From: Podarcis filfolensis
Taxonomy: Eukaryota
NCBI GenBank assembly: GCA_964270895.1
Contig: OZ185449.1
Direction: 5' to 3' (one strand)
Length of the DNA stretch: 64,000 bases
The translations under genes and the position numbers were made by a program. How positions within the stretch are numbered: position 1 is the stretch's first letter; every line of letters starts with the position of its first letter. Positions 59,776 to 64,000 of this stretch are shown here, piece by piece. The notes below the pieces were generated by a model. That model did not search any database and was not told the DNA's origin. It saw nothing but the letters and a program-made list of their open reading frames with translations.

Positions 59776-60410
59776 AAGGTAAAGGGACCCCTGACCGTTA
59801 AGTCCAGTTGCAGATGACTCTGGGGTTGTGGCGTTCATCTCACTTTAAAGGCTGAGGAAGCAGGCGTTTGTCCGCTTCCGCAGTTTTCCGGGTCATGTGG
59901 CCAGCATGACTAAGCTACTTCTGGCGAACCAGAGTAGCGCAACAGAAACGCCGTTTACCTTCCCGCCAGAGTGGTGCCTATTTATCTATTGGCTCTTTGA
60001 CGTGCTTTTGAACTGCTAGGTTGGCAGGAGCAGGGACCGATCAATGGGAGCTCACCCCGTCATGGGGATTCGAACCGCCAACCTTCTGATCGGGCAAGCC
60101 CTAGGCTCTGTGGGTTAGAAGAAGAAGAAGAAGAGTTTGGACTTGATATCCCGCCTTTCACTCCCCTTCAGGAGTCTCAAAGCGGCTAACAATCTCCTTT
60201 CCCTTCCTCCCCACAACAAACACTCTGTGAGGTGAGTGGGGCTGAGAGACTTCAAAGACTGGCCCAAGGTCACCCAGCAGCTGCATGTGGAGGAGCGGAG
60301 ACACGAACCCGGTTCCCCAGATTACGAGACTACCGCTCTTAACCACTACACCACACTGGCTCTCATAGTGCCACCTGCGTCCAACCTTAGACCATAGTGC
60401 CACCTGCGTC
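59776..60410 (-). mobile_element. Sauria SINE interrupted in its head by a second SINE
   Basis: Body 59776-60117 and head 60364-60410; perfect 11-bp TSD CAACTTGTATA (59765-59775, 60411-60421). Confidence 0.9.
60118..60363 (-). mobile_element. Squam2-like SINE nested in the Sauria SINE
   Basis: Near-identical reverse complement of 44770-45020, including the (TTC)n tail. Confidence 0.92.
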
Positions 60411-63400
60411 CAACTTGTATACTTTATCTTTATCTTAAATGTCACCCAGAACCTAGTGCAAGATGAAAGTTTTGCTAAACCAGTTGGGAACAGTGATTGT
60501 GGTCCTGTCAAATTCAATGTATTTTTAAGTGGACAATTGCCAAGAAAGTCCAACACAGATTGGGTTTGTTTGTTTTTGTTTTTTTAAAAAAAGGAAGATG
60601 AAAGGGAAAGTCAAGAGGGTCAAATATCTCAAAACCACAAGAGCAGAAGCTCAACTAGAATATACTGCGGGTAGTATAGTTAGTAGAGTCAAATAAGCTG
60701 TTAGGAAACAAATGACTTGGCCAAACAAAGACAACAACAAGAAAAGAAAGACCTTTGGTAAAAGAAATGCAAGATTTAACAAGAGAAGGAGGAACTTGTC
60801 TGATCCATCCACAGAAGCATAGCTGCACAATATTCCCATCTATGACATACTATTGTCTGCACTAGAAGCCTAATTACTAGTTGTGATATCCTGTCCTTTT
60901 CTTAGGCATTGTCACCAGCTTCTAGATCTGACTAATTCCTGCAGGGGTGGGACTGCTCTTTATTAAGGGCAAGATAGCTCAAGCCACTGTTAACACCAGA
61001 TGTAACTTTAAGACCTCTTCTTTTTTCCTTGTAATTTTTTTTTTTTTTTTTTTTTAGATTGCAAGCCCGATGGCAGGGACTGTCTTAGAACTGATTTTTG
61101 TAAGTCCACCTGAGAGCCATTTTGGCTTAGGATAGGTTACTAAGGCTGTGACTAAAGTGACTTTTGGTGTAATCCTATAACACACACACACACCCCTGAG
61201 ATTTAATCCCAGGGCATAAATGCTGCAAGTAAATGAATAACATTTCTGAAGAACTAGGCATCTCTTATTTCTTTTTAAGAAGATGCTCATGTGTCATAGC
61301 AGGCATCATTGCAGAAGAGGCATTTTTCCTGTGTGTGAAAGAGGAGAGAATGCCACTTTTAATATTATGTGCATTTCACTCGCAGGTATAAGCACTTCTT
61401 TTAAAACTATTTTATTTTTATTTTTTAAAAAGTAAGAAATATAGTGCCTGATTAATAAAAGGCACCTTTAAAGTTAATTAAACATTTGTCTTCATCAATT
61501 AATCTAACAAAAAAAATCAACTAAATTGTATGGTTCTACTAATTATCTGTACTGCTGTGCAGCAATGTAGCAATATTTTGTGTGGATTTACTTGCTGTTA
61601 TTATAATCTCCCAAAGACAAATGACTAATGAGCTTCCACTATGGAAAATGTCAAGACATTTACTGTCTGCCGTCTCTGACAAATGGAGAAAACGGGATGT
61701 TTCATATTGCAACTATCCATGAGACCAAGTATCAAACCATGAGTGAGGCTCCCGAAAAAAAACAAGAAAGAATAGCTGTATCTGTTTTTAACAACCTCCC
61801 TCATGGCTTCTTCTCAAAATAAGAAGACACACTCTTATTTGAGCAAGAAAAAGCAGCAGCTTTTCTGTTCCAGCACATTTTGCACACTATGTTTCCATTC
61901 TAGTCCCTAAATAATCCATAGAGGCAAAAAAGAATACCTCCCAAAACTGGATATGTGCACTTCTCACAGCGGTTTATTGGTGTTAGTAAGCAACTTACTT
62001 TTCACATAATTAATCTTGTCACTTAAGGCATCATCCTGCCCACATCTTGTGATCAACCACATGCCAGCACTGCTCTCTACATGCTAGAGGAAGGCCCATA
62101 GGGGGTTGGTGGTGGTGCAGAAAGAAGGGGTGCTGCACAGAACTGGGTTACACACACCCAGCATGAAAGAGCAGGGAGAGGGAGATTTGCTGGATGTGTT
62201 ATTAGGGCATCTCCAGACATCTAGACAAATTCACATACAGCTGTCAGTGGCTACTACCCTGATAGCTACATTCTAACTCCACTGTCAGAGGCAGGGTGCC
62301 TCTGAATACCAGTTCTTGGAAACAACAGGAGGGGAGAATGCTATTGTGCTTAGGTCCTGTTGGTGAGCTTCTCACAGGCATCTGGCTGGCCACTGTGAGA
62401 ACAGGATGATGGACTAGGAGGTGTTGGGTTATGTTTTGTGTGTATGTACCATGGAAGCTTCCCCCAAGCAGTTAAACTCACCACATGGAGCAGTTTAACA
62501 GAGTTCTTTTACTTGGCACACACAAACATACACTATATACAAATGTTGTGAGTAGGCATCTCTCTCTGATCCCAGAGAGGGTTCTTTGCTTCAAAGGTTA
62601 AAGCTGTTCCAAAATCCACAGCAAGCCCTATGTTCAGCTGCTTCCGAAGTCCTTGCAGCCCTTCATAAAGTGTTTTGCTTTCTTCCATGATTTCTCCCAT
62701 ACTTTTCCAGCCAGCAACATACCTAATACTGAAATGCTCCTTATCTACCCAGGGGTACATGCAAATTCTGCCCAGCAACAGAGATAAGATAGCCACCAGA
62801 TTTAGACAGTTGCATTGTGGGGAATGAGTCAGAATTATCAACTCATGTGGCATTAACCCATTATACACTTTCTTATTAACAGATGGGCCATTCACCTGAT
62901 ACAGTAGAATCTTCTTATGTTACCATGTTCTTTTTATAGCACACTCATGATTATTTGTGTTCATGGTGCTATCACAACAATCCCATGCAATCCCACTTTC
63001 AATACTGTTTCTACCTGCAGAAGTTTTGGGGCGGCCACACTGCTTCATTTTCAAACAGTGTATGTCCTGTGACTTCCAGGTAAATTCCTATAACATTTTA
63101 TACCACAAATGTTCTGGTTTGTTTCTGTTGCGCTGCTGCCTCTCTGGATAGCAATAATGCAGTAGCATTGGGGAAGCATCACAGAAAAACTAATAAAGCA
63201 GAATAAATCCACCAAGTTGCACTATTATTGTGTCAAGAACATGTTCCAGAATACACCCACTGCAATAAAGCACCAGTCTGGAGGGGCTCTTAGTTGAAAT
63301 GTGAAATGTTATTTAGAAGAACCTGAAAAGTAGGTCCAAATAAGGCAATTCTGTTTGCTTCCTGACATAAGAATGTAAGAAGAGCTCTGCTGGATCAGGC

Positions 63401-63600
63401 TAAAGCCCATCTTGTCCAGCAGCCTGTTCTCACAGTTGCCAAGCTAGGAGAAGACTGCAAGTAGGACTTAAGTTCAACAGCTTCAGCCAGCATATCCAAT
63501 GGTCATGGTTGATAGGAGTTGTAGTCCAACAACACCTGGAGGGCCACAAATTCTCAGCTCAGCTCTAAAGTAAAGATGGAGAATCTGTGACCTTCTAGAC

Positions 63601-63890
63601 CAGTGGTTCCCAAACATTTTTGGGCCACTGCCCCCTGGTTCCATAAATACATCCCCAGTGCCCCCAACCTTCTAAAAACTTTATTCATAGTATCCATTTG
63701 CATAACCCACTAAGGGCAATGACAACAAAATAAAATTCAAAACAGGAACAATTAAGTGCACATTTATTCAGAATCTAGTTAAAACTATTTTGATCCAACT
63801 TTATGCAGCAATACCAGCTTTTCAAAGTCAGATAGTCTTTAAGCCTCCAGCACGCCGGGGGGGGGGTACCATCCATTTTGAATACCGTTG
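63601..63890. mobile_element. Charlie-like hAT MITE nested in a palindromic MITE
   Basis: CAGTGGTTCCCAAA / TTTGAATACCGTTG; TSD TTCTAGAC/TTTTAGAT; host MITE sequence resumes after it. Confidence 0.65.
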
Positions 63891-64000
63891 TTTTAGATGT
63901 TGTTGTTGGAAAGCCAGCTAGCATGAGCTGAGTGCAGCAGTACCACCAGTCAGCATGGCTTATGTTTAGGGATGGTGGGATTTGTAGTCCAGCAAAGACT

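Noticed and set aside
61628-61822. 64-aa ATG-initiated ORF in unique sequence
   Set aside because: No homology recognised and no promoter or splice evidence; more likely non-coding.
62533-62895. 120-aa protein-like minus-strand ORF
   Set aside because: Could not be assigned to a host or TE family; starts at a GTG in CR1-tail-like sequence; needs BLASTP.
1-64000. CRISPR arrays, operons or other prokaryotic systems
   Set aside because: The sequence is vertebrate; there are no regularly spaced repeat-spacer arrays or gene-dense coding regions.

Overview
Eukaryotic, repeat-dense, apparently non-coding DNA from a squamate reptile, most likely a lacertid lizard. This is inferred from near-intact lacertid-type Sauria SINEs, a tRNA-Lys/CR1-tail SINE and other squamate SINEs. 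I found no supportable host protein-coding gene. Every recognisable ORF is a transposon remnant: RTE, CR1, L2 and L1 reverse transcriptases, a Gypsy RNase H and a hAT transposase. The window looks like a large intron or gene desert. It holds many hAT MITEs with 8-bp TSDs, Tc1/mariner MITEs with TA TSDs, solo LTRs and one assembly gap (38318-38463). Several short repeat-free blocks that retain CpGs and TF motifs are candidate conserved enhancers or cryptic exons. I did not find a convincing new biological system. The most unusual items are a twin-priming-like 5' inversion in a CR1 LINE, an exact 40-bp templated-insertion-like duplication, a SINE-in-SINE with a duplicated head, a hAT element carrying a nested MITE and a solo LTR, and two candidate exons. 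Repeat family names come from recalled consensus features, not database searches.
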